Source: Actinomycetes bacterium (GTDB lineage: Bacteria; Actinomycetota; Acidimicrobiia; Acidimicrobiales; Bog-793). From it: a DNA stretch of 64,000 bases. The notes below the pieces were generated by a model. The model was not told the DNA's origin, did not search any database, and saw only the letters and a program-made list of their open reading frames with translations. A program made the translations under genes and the position numbers. Shown piece by piece: positions 30,811 through 41,134 of the stretch (position 1 is the first letter of the stretch; each line of letters begins with the position of its first letter). The DNA is taken from the NCBI GenBank assembly GCA_021829645.1, contig JAKBPI010000007.1, positions 2,073-66,072 of the forward strand. The letters run 5' to 3'.

Positions 30811-32097
30811 TTAATCACCGATACCTACAGGCAGCGCAATTCCGGTTTCACCGCCATGTTCCAGATCATCGCCATAGGACAACTCAGAACGGACTTTTAC
30901 ATAGTGTCTCTCAGCAACAAGGCTAATGCCCAGAGCCAGATAGCACGCAAGCGCGCCTGCTAAAGCGGCATTCCTGGCACCAAAATGAGCTGCCAGCCAG
31001 CCGATGAAAGGACCGCCGATCGGAGTGGTACCCATAAAGGCAATAGCCCAAAAAGCCATCACCCTACCCCTCATCTCAGGAGAAGCCGCCAGTTGCAGTG
31101 TGGAATTGCCCATTGCCAGAAAACTCACGCTCCCAAAGCCGACAAAAAACAGGGCTACGTACTCAACTCCGAGGTTGCCTGCCAATGCCGAGGCCAAAAC
31201 GGCCAACCCAAAAGCAGAAACCGAGATTTGCAGTGCTCTCGTCCCCGACTTACCCTTGGCTGCTACGAGCAGTCCGCCAATAACGGCTCCAATGCCCATC
31301 ACGGCTGTCATTACGCCAAAAGTCTCTGAGCCATGTCGGAAAGTATCTTTGGCCAACACGGGAAGGGTGACCTGAAATTCATAAGTGAATGTTCCGATAA
31401 TTCCCATCATTATCAGCGGAACAAGAAGTTCGGGTACTCCTCTGACATAGCGAAAACCTTCTAACAGTTGCCCTTTGGCCTTTTTCACTTCTCCAACCGG
31501 TTGCAGCTCTGCTACGTCCATCCGAAACAAAGAGGTTGCCACCGGAATAAAGCTGACGGCATTGAGAGCAAAGCACCAGCTCTCTCCGGCGGATGCAATG
31601 ATGATGCCGGCAAAGGCCGGTCCGATGGCTCTGGCAACATTGATAAAGGTAGAATTGAGACTAATAGCATTGCGTACCTGCTCTCGTCCAACCATTTCCA
31701 GGACAAAAGCCTGTCTGGCAGGGTTTTCAAAGCAATTGTTGAGCCCCAAGACAAGAGACATCACCAATATTTCCGTATACGTCGTTGAGCCTGTAAATGT
31801 GGAAAATGCCAGTACTGCTGCCTGTATACCCATAAGAATTTGTAGCCAAAACAGCAATTTTCTTTTGTCAACGCGATCAGCCACCAGGCCGGCGTAAGGA
31901 CCGAGTAGTAAAGTAGGCAGTGTCTGTAGCGCCACCGTGATACCCAGGTCAGTAGCAGAATGGGTAAGCACCAGCACCAGCCATGATTGAGCAGTCCCCT
32001 GCATCCAAGATCCGATCATAGAGAGCAGTTGGGAAAAAGCATATCGTCTATAGTTCCTAATAGACAGAGATGAAAATGTTGTATTTATCAGTTGCAT
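30811..32097 (-). CDS. MFS transporter (EntS/MFS_3-like)
   Basis: It has 12 predicted TM segments. The N-terminus is typical: FSSLSIRNYRRYAFSQLLSMIGSWMQGTAQSWLVL and GLVADRVDKRKLL. Confidence 0.8.
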   Translation of the reverse strand: MQLINTTFSSLSIRNYRRYAFSQLLSMIGSWMQGTAQSWLVLVLTHSATDLGITVALQTLPTLLLGPYAGLVADRVDKRKLLFWLQILMGIQAAVLAFSTFTGSTTYTEILVMSLVLGLNNCFENPARQAFVLEMVGREQVRNAISLNSTFINVARAIGPAFAGIIIASAGESWCFALNAVSFIPVATSLFRMDVAELQPVGEVKKAKGQLLEGFRYVRGVPELLVPLIMMGIIGTFTYEFQVTLPVLAKDTFRHGSETFGVMTAVMGIGAVIGGLLVAAKGKSGTRALQISVSAFGLAVLASALAGNLGVEYVALFFVGFGSVSFLAMGNSTLQLAASPEMRGRVMAFWAIAFMGTTPIGGPFIGWLAAHFGARNAALAGALACYLALGISLVAERHYVKVRSELSYGDDLEHGGETGIALPVGIGD

Positions 32098-32280
32098 GGC
32101 GATTCATTCATTAAAAAACTCTTTAGCTATTCTAACGATTTTATCCCTGTATGTATTCCGTATATACTTACGACCTTTACAAGCATTTCCGCTGATACCT
32201 TAAAAAAGAAGGTGGTATCTCGCAACAGAAAATAATTGTTTATCCTATATGATTACTTACACACAAGAACGGGATCATAG

Positions 32281-33234
32281 GTGAGTCAAAACATCATTAT
32301 CGAAACGGTAGAACTGACAAAAGTATACTCGCAGATGTCAAAACCCGCCGTCAATCAATTGAATTTGGAAGTCGCCCAAGGCGCCATTTTCGGCCTCTTG
32401 GGACCAAACGGCGCCGGGAAAACCACTACGGCCGGCATGTTGACAACAAGAATCATTCCCACTTCCGGTGCTGCGCATGTAGCCGGAATAGATGTCCTTA
32501 CTCACCCAAGTTTAGCCAAACAAATGATGGGCATCGTTTCACAACAAAATACTCTAGACAGAGCCCTCACGGTCAAAGAAAACTTATACTTTCACGGACT
32601 TTTGTTCGGGATGGGAAAGCAAGAAGCCGGCCAAGAAGCTGCCAGATTGCTCGAAGAGTTTCAACTCGCCAACTGGCAGGACAAAAGCGTCTTTGCCCTC
32701 TCCGGCGGCATGGCTCAACGCCTGATGGTAGCGCGTGCCATAATGCATAGACCGGCTGTTTTGTTTATGGACGAACCTACTACCGGCTTGGATCCCCAAA
32801 GCAGGCTGGTACTGTGGGACATCTTACAAGAACTCAACAACGAAGGACAGACTATCTTTTTGACAACCCATTACATGGAAGAGGCCGAAAAGTTGTGCGG
32901 ACGAGTTGCCATTATGGACCACGGCATAATTATTGCCAACGATACCCCCTCTAATCTCAAAAAGTCAATAGGCATAGACACAGTTGTCAGACTGGAAATT
33001 AAGAACGACATTGACAAGATGAAAAATAATATTGCGCAATACTTACCACAAATTATTTCCACGCGCTCACAGCAAAATACTTTGGAATTACAAATCTCAA
33101 AAACAGACAATTTACTGCCAAAAATAGTTAACGCTTCGGAAGCAATAGGTGTAGAAATCACAAATGTGACCATATCTGATCCGACTTTGGAAACGGTATT
33201 CATCACCCTTACCGGAAGAGAACTAAGGGAATAA
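32281..33234 (+). CDS. ABC transporter ATP-binding protein (DrrA/ABC-2 type)
   Basis: Walker A is GPNGAGKTT, the signature is LSGGMAQRL and Walker B is LFMDEPTTGLD. The start is GTG. Confidence 0.9.
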   Translation: MSQNIIIETVELTKVYSQMSKPAVNQLNLEVAQGAIFGLLGPNGAGKTTTAGMLTTRIIPTSGAAHVAGIDVLTHPSLAKQMMGIVSQQNTLDRALTVKENLYFHGLLFGMGKQEAGQEAARLLEEFQLANWQDKSVFALSGGMAQRLMVARAIMHRPAVLFMDEPTTGLDPQSRLVLWDILQELNNEGQTIFLTTHYMEEAEKLCGRVAIMDHGIIIANDTPSNLKKSIGIDTVVRLEIKNDIDKMKNNIAQYLPQIISTRSQQNTLELQISKTDNLLPKIVNASEAIGVEITNVTISDPTLETVFITLTGRELRE

Positions 33235-33238
33235 AACA

Positions 33239-34120
33239 ATGGAAATTAAAACACCGCAGACTTTGGAAGAAAAGCATATAGTCACAACTGCCCAAATGAC
33301 AGTGACACTAGCCAGCAGAAAAGCTTTTTTTGCTTTGGTAAAGCGTGACCTGACGGTTTTGAAAAAAAACATTTGGGAATTCATCCTGCGCACGATTATC
33401 CAGCCATTTTTGCTTGTCTTCGTCTTTTTGTATGTATTTCCTTCTATCGGACAGGGCATAGGTGGCGGTACAGGAAGGACAGAATCGGCATTTGCCACCG
33501 TACTGGTGCCCGGCGTGGTGGGGATATCTATCATGTTCCAGGGAATTCAATCCGTTGCTTTACAACTGGCTACTGAGTTTGGTTACACACGTAAAATCGA
33601 AGATAGGGTGCAGGCTCCCTGCTCTATTTATTTGGTAGCTTTGGCCAAAGTCCTTTCTGGTGCCATCCAGGGACTCATCGCCGCCCTGATCGTGTTTCCC
33701 ATAGCCGACGTCGTGCATGCCAACTTCGTTACCCCGCATCTCAATGTGGACTGGCCCATAGTCGTCACCCTCATTCCAATTGTCTGTATAGCCATGTCAT
33801 CTCTTGGACTTTTGCTCGGCACTACCTTTGAACCCCGCAACATAGGTTTGATGTTCGGCTTTGTTATACTGCCTATCACTTTTTTGGGCGGTACTTATTA
33901 TCAGTGGACCAGGCTGGCACCTGTCAAAATAGGTTCTTTTCACTGGCTGCAAACCCTGGTGCTGATCAATCCTTTGATCTATGTCAACGAAGGGTTGAGG
34001 GCGGGATTAACCACCGCCGGCCATATGAGTCTTTATGCCGTATATCCGGTTTTGACAGGATTTCTTGTAGTATTTTTATCACTTGGGCTGAAGCAATTCA
34101 AAAAGCGTGTTCTGTCTTGA
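33239..34120 (+). CDS. ABC-2 type transporter permease
   Basis: It has six predicted TM segments and starts 4 nt after the ATPase stop. Confidence 0.8.
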   Translation: MEIKTPQTLEEKHIVTTAQMTVTLASRKAFFALVKRDLTVLKKNIWEFILRTIIQPFLLVFVFLYVFPSIGQGIGGGTGRTESAFATVLVPGVVGISIMFQGIQSVALQLATEFGYTRKIEDRVQAPCSIYLVALAKVLSGAIQGLIAALIVFPIADVVHANFVTPHLNVDWPIVVTLIPIVCIAMSSLGLLLGTTFEPRNIGLMFGFVILPITFLGGTYYQWTRLAPVKIGSFHWLQTLVLINPLIYVNEGLRAGLTTAGHMSLYAVYPVLTGFLVVFLSLGLKQFKKRVLS

Positions 34121-34144
34121 TTTCTATGGGTCAAAAGTAGCAAC

Positions 34145-37100
34145 TTATGCTTGACCTTCGGCTGCCATGTTGCCGATAAGAAGTTCTGTACTGGCGTGAT
34201 CCAGCGGTCTGCCGAGTAGAAATCCTTGGGCCCCGTTACAACCGACTTCTGCTACGACACTGAGTTGGCTTTCCAACTCCACCCCTTCGGCTACCACTTC
34301 CAGATCCAGAGTCCTGCCAAGAGCTACTAAGGTTTGCACCACAGAAACATCTTCGGCAGATTCAGCTAGTGACATGATGAAAGACCTGTCAATTTTCAGC
34401 ACGTCAACAGGAAAACGGCGTAAATAAGCCAAAGAAGAGTACCCTGTTCCGAAGTCATCTATAGCAATGCGCACACCAAGACTCTTGAGTTTGGCCATCC
34501 TACCCACAACCGCTTCTGCATCGTGCATCATAGCTGTTTCCGTTATTTCCAACACCAGATGCTTTGGATCCAGCCCGGTGGTGGAGAGCACTTCGGATAT
34601 TGTCATGATAATTTCATCCGACTCTACCTGCCGAGCGGAGAGGTTGACGGCTATGTCAAGATTCGCCCCCGCTCTATTCCAACCGGCGGTGGTCTCACAG
34701 GCTTCGTTTAGTACGTACCTACCTATGTCGATGATCAATCTTCCGGACTCTTCTGCCACCGGAATAAAGTCTCCGGGTTGTATGAGACCTTTTGTGGGGT
34801 GCTGCCATCTCACTAAAGCTTCCATGCCTATCATCTCACGCTTGTCCACCTTGAAAATGGGTTGATAGTAGACACGAAGCTGATGCATGGCAAGCGCATC
34901 TGCCAAATCCATTTCAATTTCCAAACGCTGGTGTGCATTTCTTTGCATACTCGGCGCAAAGCGCACATATTTGTTTTTGCCAAGAGTCTTGGCTTGATAC
35001 ATAGCAACGTCTGCATCCTGCAGGAGGCCTTCGGCTGACCTCTCCCCACTGGTTGCTATCCCGATGCTGGCACTGACTAAATAGTCGCGCCCCAGTATGT
35101 GAAACGGAGCCCGTAATACGTCTTGTACTCTTTCAGCGAGCAGTTCGGCTACGCCCACAGAGTCACCGTTGTCAACCAAAATGGTAAACTCGTCTCCGGC
35201 CAGTCTCCCTACTGTGTCCGTTTCCCTGGCTACCCTGCGCAACCTGGCCGCTACCGCCAAAAGGAGTTCGTCACCTACACTATGCCCATATGCATCGTTT
35301 ACTTCTTTGAAGTTGTCCAAGTCGATGAAGAGAATCGAGACAGAAGTATGGTTACGCTTCCCCATCGCGATCATCTGTTCAGCCCTGTCAACAATAAGCA
35401 GTCTATTCGGCAACCCAGTAAGATCGTCGTGCAATGCCTGATGACGCAGTTGATCTTCTAAGTTTCTCCGTTCCGTGATATCGGCTATGGAACCCAACAA
35501 GCGCTTTTGATTACTCTGAGGATCCATGGTCACAACGCCTTGAACGTGAAACCACCTATAATTGCCGTCTTGACAAGAGAGTCTGTGTATGGATTCCAAC
35601 TTATCCGAAACACCGCCGACACAGGCTGCTATGCCTGCCTCTAAGGCCACATAGTCGTCCAAGTGAACCTTGTTGAGCCAGTCACTCATCGCATAATCTT
35701 GATCGGCAATACCCAAGACATCCAGCCACCTGTCAGAGAAATAGACTTCGGATGTCTCTAAGTTATAGTCAAATATTCCATCCGTGGTAGCTTGAGAAAT
35801 GATCTGATAGCGGTTTTTACTGTAAGTGAGTTCCTTTTCGCGTTCCATCAGAGATTCCATAAGTCTTCTCTGCTCCAAGGCAACGGAAATCAGGATGGAG
35901 GCTTGGAAATAAAAGTCCCTGCCGGTAATCATCGTCAAACTTACTTGACTGACAAGTGCCAGAAGCCCCCAATAGGTTTCTTTTGTTTTGATCGGTAAAA
36001 CTAAAGTGATTTCCCTATCAGAGGAATCGGCCAAATCTATTAGTTGACGGGGAGGAAACAGGGATACCGGAACCTTTTTCGTATCAGAGATAACAGCATA
36101 CTCCTGCGGATAGCACTGATCTATCAACAAATTATGTACATTAGAACCTGACTTTGTTTCCTGTCCCTTTTCTGCGGAACAGCTGATGCCCCCGGTGGGA
36201 AATATTGGGATTACGTTGGAGAGATTTTTGGCATCACAGACTTTATCGGCTTCATACGATATACCGTAACCATTTTCCCAGATACCGAGCACGGCTGCTT
36301 TGGTCTTGGAGTCTCGCAGGAAGGGTAAATCGATGATACCTTCGATCGGACTCTTCAGAAGAGCCAAAGAAAGATCGTACTCCCGCCTCAGCACGTCATA
36401 TAAATCTGTTCTTGCCAAATCTTGTGTTCTGATGTAACTCTGCGTAAAGAGCTCAACGACATCGCTACAACGCAATTTGTATTGATACTCTTCATTCAAA
36501 TTAGTAGAGATAGAGTTAATATAAAGATTGATGGCATTTCTGATAGCCTCAAGAATTTCATAGCGGAAAGATACCTTCCACAGGGAATCTGCAGTTGCCA
36601 AAATACTGTCTTTGAGATCACAAAAAACTTCTTCAGTCATAGTGATGGCATCGGCGATAAGCAGTGCTACCGATTCTGAAACTTCTGTAGCTTTCCTTTC
36701 GTTTCTGGAGTACTGCTTTACGGCCAGGCCTATTCTTTCCGCTAAATCGGCATAAGGATCGCTAATCTCTTCTGCCATGGAGGAAAGATAAGTTTTTTGT
36801 GTCGGATTACAGCCACAGGATCTCCTCACTACGAGTGAGGTATCGATAAAGTATTCCCCAGAGGAAACTTCTCCTCCGTTAATTCTGCTCACTAAAAGCT
36901 GAGCTGCTTTGCTGCCGAGTTCGATAAAGTTTTGCCGCACGCTCGTCAAAGAGGGCCTGGCCAAGAAGCACTGTTCTATGTCATCAAAACCTACTACAAC
37001 TTGATCTTTCGGAAAGACATATCCCTGTTTACCTAGTTCTTTCATGAGTCCGATGGCGATAAAGTCGGTGGCACAGATCAGCGCCGTGGTAGAGATACCG

Positions 37101-37690
37101 CGTTCGAGAAGTATTTTTGCCCCCTCTATTCCGGCGTCTTCAATCAGACTGCCGACTTTGACAATCATTTGATCATCTATCGGCAAGGAGTGAGCTGCCA
37201 TGGCAGATTTATACGCCGCCAACCGCTCTTTGATGTCGTTTTGCTCAAAGCAGCCGACAAAGCCTATTTTGCTATGTCCGTGACTCACCAAATGTTCTAC
37301 CAGTTGGGACACTCCGGATTTATTATCAGAAGAGACGCTGGGGCAAACCAATTGGTTACTTTTATGGCTTACCAAAACTATAGGTATACCCAAGTCGTTT
37401 TGATAATGGGCAAGTAAATTATCCGGTAACGCATTAGCAAAAGATATTAAGCCATTGACCTCACCTATCGCTATCTCGTCTTCTATACAAAAATAAGCGT
37501 CCCTGGGATCGGTACTGATGGCGTCATGGGTCTGGATGCCTATCACGTTGCCTCCGTAATAAGCAATTTCTTCCACGGCACCAAACAGCACTTCGCTGAA
37601 AAACGACGACGCCAACAGAGGGGAAAGTACCCCTATCAGCAGTTGAGAAGAGGGATCCCGGCGAGCATTTATGGGAATTTGATTATCCAT
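34145..37690 (-). CDS. Multidomain c-di-GMP turnover protein: LacI-type ligand-binding domain (no HTH), middle region, PAS, GGDEF, EAL
   Basis: The N-terminus LIGVLSPLLASSFFSEVLFGAVEEIAYYGG...VGFDDI matches the Peripla_BP_3 pattern. A PAS region follows (TDGIFDYNLET...GNYRWFHVQG). The GGDEF domain has an RETD I-site and GRLAGDEF. The EAL domain has MEALVRWQHP...DDFGTGYSSL. Confidence 0.85.
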   Translation of the reverse strand: MDNQIPINARRDPSSQLLIGVLSPLLASSFFSEVLFGAVEEIAYYGGNVIGIQTHDAISTDPRDAYFCIEDEIAIGEVNGLISFANALPDNLLAHYQNDLGIPIVLVSHKSNQLVCPSVSSDNKSGVSQLVEHLVSHGHSKIGFVGCFEQNDIKERLAAYKSAMAAHSLPIDDQMIVKVGSLIEDAGIEGAKILLERGISTTALICATDFIAIGLMKELGKQGYVFPKDQVVVGFDDIEQCFLARPSLTSVRQNFIELGSKAAQLLVSRINGGEVSSGEYFIDTSLVVRRSCGCNPTQKTYLSSMAEEISDPYADLAERIGLAVKQYSRNERKATEVSESVALLIADAITMTEEVFCDLKDSILATADSLWKVSFRYEILEAIRNAINLYINSISTNLNEEYQYKLRCSDVVELFTQSYIRTQDLARTDLYDVLRREYDLSLALLKSPIEGIIDLPFLRDSKTKAAVLGIWENGYGISYEADKVCDAKNLSNVIPIFPTGGISCSAEKGQETKSGSNVHNLLIDQCYPQEYAVISDTKKVPVSLFPPRQLIDLADSSDREITLVLPIKTKETYWGLLALVSQVSLTMITGRDFYFQASILISVALEQRRLMESLMEREKELTYSKNRYQIISQATTDGIFDYNLETSEVYFSDRWLDVLGIADQDYAMSDWLNKVHLDDYVALEAGIAACVGGVSDKLESIHRLSCQDGNYRWFHVQGVVTMDPQSNQKRLLGSIADITERRNLEDQLRHQALHDDLTGLPNRLLIVDRAEQMIAMGKRNHTSVSILFIDLDNFKEVNDAYGHSVGDELLLAVAARLRRVARETDTVGRLAGDEFTILVDNGDSVGVAELLAERVQDVLRAPFHILGRDYLVSASIGIATSGERSAEGLLQDADVAMYQAKTLGKNKYVRFAPSMQRNAHQRLEIEMDLADALAMHQLRVYYQPIFKVDKREMIGMEALVRWQHPTKGLIQPGDFIPVAEESGRLIIDIGRYVLNEACETTAGWNRAGANLDIAVNLSARQVESDEIIMTISEVLSTTGLDPKHLVLEITETAMMHDAEAVVGRMAKLKSLGVRIAIDDFGTGYSSLAYLRRFPVDVLKIDRSFIMSLAESAEDVSVVQTLVALGRTLDLEVVAEGVELESQLSVVAEVGCNGAQGFLLGRPLDHASTELLIGNMAAEGQA

Positions 37691-37896
37691 ATCTGCTCCA
37701 ACGGATTAATTTCAGAAAAGTTATTGCCCTATACAAGGAATTTTATAAAATATTAGATTTTTGTTATATATCCATCTTATCCACTATACCGGTTCAGGTA
37801 ATTCTCCAAGGCAAACCGTTTCCATGGCGAAAGTCAAGAGAATAGCCACTGGGCAAGGCCTTCCTTGATCTTGCAAAAACAGTAACCGTTCTGTTT

Positions 37897-39123
37897 CTAC
37901 GGTCTGAGGGCAATACCCACGAAAGTAACAGAGGACATATAGACCAAAAGGAGAACCGCTACAGACAGGTAAATCCTGTAAGCTCTGGTTGAAAACTTAT
38001 AGGCAGCGACGATCAAAAGTGGGAATGCCGTCAGTAGAAGTCTGGGGTTGGGGGGAGTTTTAGCTGAGGTAAGTGCGAAAAAAGATATCCCCAGCGTCCA
38101 AACCAAAGCTGGGATGGATATGTATAGCTTGGGTCTTATGATATGGTATAAAAACACCACGAGATAAAGGGCTCCCAGCAAGGCTACCACGTAATTCAAA
38201 TTTATAGAAGAAAAGCGAAAATGACTAAAGGATACTTCGTGAGCCAGTATCTTGCCTTGATAGTAAAGCGCCAAAGGAGTGGTGGTCTCTTTCCAGCCGT
38301 AGCGTTGAGCATCATAAGAAGCAAGCGGCGTTCCGGTCCAAATCCAGAGAAAAATTCCAAAAGAGGCAATTCCACCCAGACTCAGCAGAGTGCCGATAAA
38401 AGCCTGGCTGGCTTTTCTAAGAGATTTTTCATAACGTTTCAATTCATAGAGGAAAGCTACAAATAATACCGGTGTCAACGCTAAAGCGTCCGGGGCGGTA
38501 GCGGTGGCAAAAAAAGCCAAGATACCTGCCGCAATATAGCGCCTCTTTTGAACCAAGAGAATACAGCCCATGACCAGAGGTATGGTAATACCTTCTGAGT
38601 AGACCATAGAAAATATGACAGTGCCGGGAAAGAGGTTGTAGACGACAACCGCACGACGGGCAGCTGTGTCATTAGTCCAGTTCTGCATCAATTTAAAAAG
38701 TAAAACGCTTGATACAAAGCCGCCGATAAAATTGATTGTCAGGCCAGATATCAACAAATTGCCAGCGAGCACACGCGCCAAAGCCCACATCACCATCGAA
38801 TAAAAAGGGAAAAATCCAAGCGTGGTCTGGAAATGAACAGGATGGTGTAGGTAGCCTCTGGAGGCCAAGCGTATATACCAGACGCCGTCCCAATTGGATA
38901 GTTCACTGGCAAGGTTAGAATGCTGCAAGATGGTGTTTACGTATGCCACTAATAGGATGAATATCCTGGAGAGTAAGTAGACCTTTACGATAAAGCTGTT
39001 GTCAGTAAAAAAACTCCTTGCACGGACGTATGCATCGGATATATTACGGCTCAAGGTGATTTTTTTCCCATCAACAAGGGATTTATCGTTAGTATCTTTC
39101 AAAGTGGGGCTGTCAGTCAACAT
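37897..39123 (-). CDS. GT-C fold membrane glycosyltransferase, PIG-V-like mannosyltransferase family
   Basis: It is polytopic, with about 9-10 TM segments. NWDGVWYIRLASRGY resembles the WDxxW(Y/F)xxIAxxGY motif of PIG-V-type mannosyltransferases. Confidence 0.55.
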   Translation of the reverse strand: MLTDSPTLKDTNDKSLVDGKKITLSRNISDAYVRARSFFTDNSFIVKVYLLSRIFILLVAYVNTILQHSNLASELSNWDGVWYIRLASRGYLHHPVHFQTTLGFFPFYSMVMWALARVLAGNLLISGLTINFIGGFVSSVLLFKLMQNWTNDTAARRAVVVYNLFPGTVIFSMVYSEGITIPLVMGCILLVQKRRYIAAGILAFFATATAPDALALTPVLFVAFLYELKRYEKSLRKASQAFIGTLLSLGGIASFGIFLWIWTGTPLASYDAQRYGWKETTTPLALYYQGKILAHEVSFSHFRFSSINLNYVVALLGALYLVVFLYHIIRPKLYISIPALVWTLGISFFALTSAKTPPNPRLLLTAFPLLIVAAYKFSTRAYRIYLSVAVLLLVYMSSVTFVGIALRP

Positions 39124-39297
39124 TAAATATGTACTATTTCAGATTGGGAAAAATCACAAACAATAACCTATTCCATATGCCGGGCAGGCAGAACCCCAGA
39201 CGCGATGATCATACAAAGCATCCGAGATATTCTGAGCTTGCCATACAAATCAGTTACAACTCTATTTTATCAGGAAGGGAAAAAAATCAAAAACTTT

Positions 39298-40794
39298 TTA
39301 AGATTCTGTTATATCTGCTCTTGAAAAACTCCGTTTCCCAAAGATGCCCGAGTGGTAAAAGTGCCAAACAGCCAGAATAGTGAGTATCGCCAAAACAGCA
39401 GGGGCGTATTGTGAAGGAATCGACAAAATGCCATTTGGCTTAATCAACACAGATATCGCCATGATCGCTAAAGGTGTTACCAAAGATTGCAGATAATGTC
39501 TCTGCGTCACCAGAAAGACTATTCCCCAGGTAAAGTACCAAGGCCAAGTGGCCGGACCCAAAAAAACGGAGATGATAAAAAGCAAAGCCAAATTATGAGT
39601 CAGGTTATCCCAGCGCGTTTTTAGAACAAAATACACAATTGACAAGACGAAAATGGCCAAATTGATTTTGGAAAATAAAGACGACATGTGAACAAAGGAA
39701 AAATACGACGACAATCCGGAGAGAATATCCCTGAACGAAAAAGCCAACTCTACGGAAAGAGTGGTGGCGATATGGACTTTACCGGGAGCGGACAAAATAT
39801 TTGTACTCACCCAGTCGAGACCCACCCCCAATAAAGCACTGAGCGCCCCTAACAGCACTCCGTCCATGCCTACAAGAGCCACTATCCTTTCTTTTCGCTT
39901 TGGTATTTGACTTCTCGCAACCGCCGCTACGATCAACAAAGCCGCCAATGCCGCCGGGGCTTTGACCATTACGGCAATACCTAAAATAAGAAAAGCCCAC
40001 CACAGGTGATTCTTTTTGGCAAGGAAAATGCCCAATACAACTAGACCGACCATCAAGGCGTCGTTGTGTCCGGCAGCAATGAGCTCGAACAACACAAGAG
40101 GACTTCCGATACCAAGCCAGAGCGCCAGCGAAGCTTCCTGCCTGTCCTCTCCTGTCAAGCGTATGAGGAAAAATCCCCCCAGTGCCACGCCCACACATTC
40201 CGCCAAGCGCATCAGAATGACAGCCGTGGTGAGGTTCTGACCGGCAACATCATAAATATAACCGGCCATCGCCACGAAAAGAGGTCCGTAGGGGGAAGTG
40301 GTGTGCCTCCAAAAAGGTGAGACGGCACCGAGGAGTGATGTTTGATGAAAACGGAGTAGCGTCGTGGGTGGGGAAAGATAAGGATTTTGACCAAGTCGCC
40401 ATAGTTCCCCCTGTGCCAAATAGCTATACATGTCTTGACTAAAGAGAGAAGGTCCGAGAACAAGCGGTAATGCCCAAAGTGCTATTACAAAACAAATTAC
40501 TCTTACCCTAAGACTTGCCTCCTCGTTGACGCTTGACTTAGTGACAACGAGACGCCGCAGTTTGAGAGCATGTCTCAACCAAGATAGACACAGCAGGAAT
40601 ACACTCACATAAAAGAGGGCTTCCCGCAGAGAAAGAGATCCCGGCCAAGAGTCGTGATACCACCAAGCAGGTGTATTTTTTGCCAGCAAAGCGCTGCCAA
40701 AGTATGCAACAGCTGCTGAGGCCAAAAAACCGGCTATCGTCCACGGAGAAAAGAGAAACTCTTTTTCCGCTTTAGTCAGTAAGTGTTTGTTCAT
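39298..40794 (-). CDS. GT-C fold membrane glycosyltransferase, MptA/MptB-like polyprenol-phosphate-mannose-dependent mannosyltransferase
   Basis: It is polytopic. It has an early Asp-containing loop (FSQDMYSYLAQGE), and AAGHNDALMVGLVVLG resembles the HNDALM motif of actinobacterial alpha-1,6-mannosyltransferases. Confidence 0.5.
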   Translation of the reverse strand: MNKHLLTKAEKEFLFSPWTIAGFLASAAVAYFGSALLAKNTPAWWYHDSWPGSLSLREALFYVSVFLLCLSWLRHALKLRRLVVTKSSVNEEASLRVRVICFVIALWALPLVLGPSLFSQDMYSYLAQGELWRLGQNPYLSPPTTLLRFHQTSLLGAVSPFWRHTTSPYGPLFVAMAGYIYDVAGQNLTTAVILMRLAECVGVALGGFFLIRLTGEDRQEASLALWLGIGSPLVLFELIAAGHNDALMVGLVVLGIFLAKKNHLWWAFLILGIAVMVKAPAALAALLIVAAVARSQIPKRKERIVALVGMDGVLLGALSALLGVGLDWVSTNILSAPGKVHIATTLSVELAFSFRDILSGLSSYFSFVHMSSLFSKINLAIFVLSIVYFVLKTRWDNLTHNLALLFIISVFLGPATWPWYFTWGIVFLVTQRHYLQSLVTPLAIMAISVLIKPNGILSIPSQYAPAVLAILTILAVWHFYHSGIFGKRSFSRADITES

Positions 40795-41134
40795 GATTTT
40801 TGTGCCGGCAGTAAAGGTTTATACCATGCGATAACCGCCTGATTAGTCTAGCACACCCCGAGACACCTCAACTAAGGAACAGGATGTTATCAGGGACTGC
40901 TTATCGCCCCATCGGAAAAAATGCAACTGCCGTAAACCGCGACTTTTACGACACTAGCTGTGATGACGAAACCATATTTGGACAGAATTTACACTCGATA
41001 GAAGATTGTGACTTCATGAAATATTATGAAAATATAGTAGTTATTTTCTGAAATTGAAAAAACAGCTCAGCGCGAACTTGTCGAAAGGGGCTTTGCCTGC
41101 TATAACTTTATAAAAGCTTACCTAGGAGGGGAAA

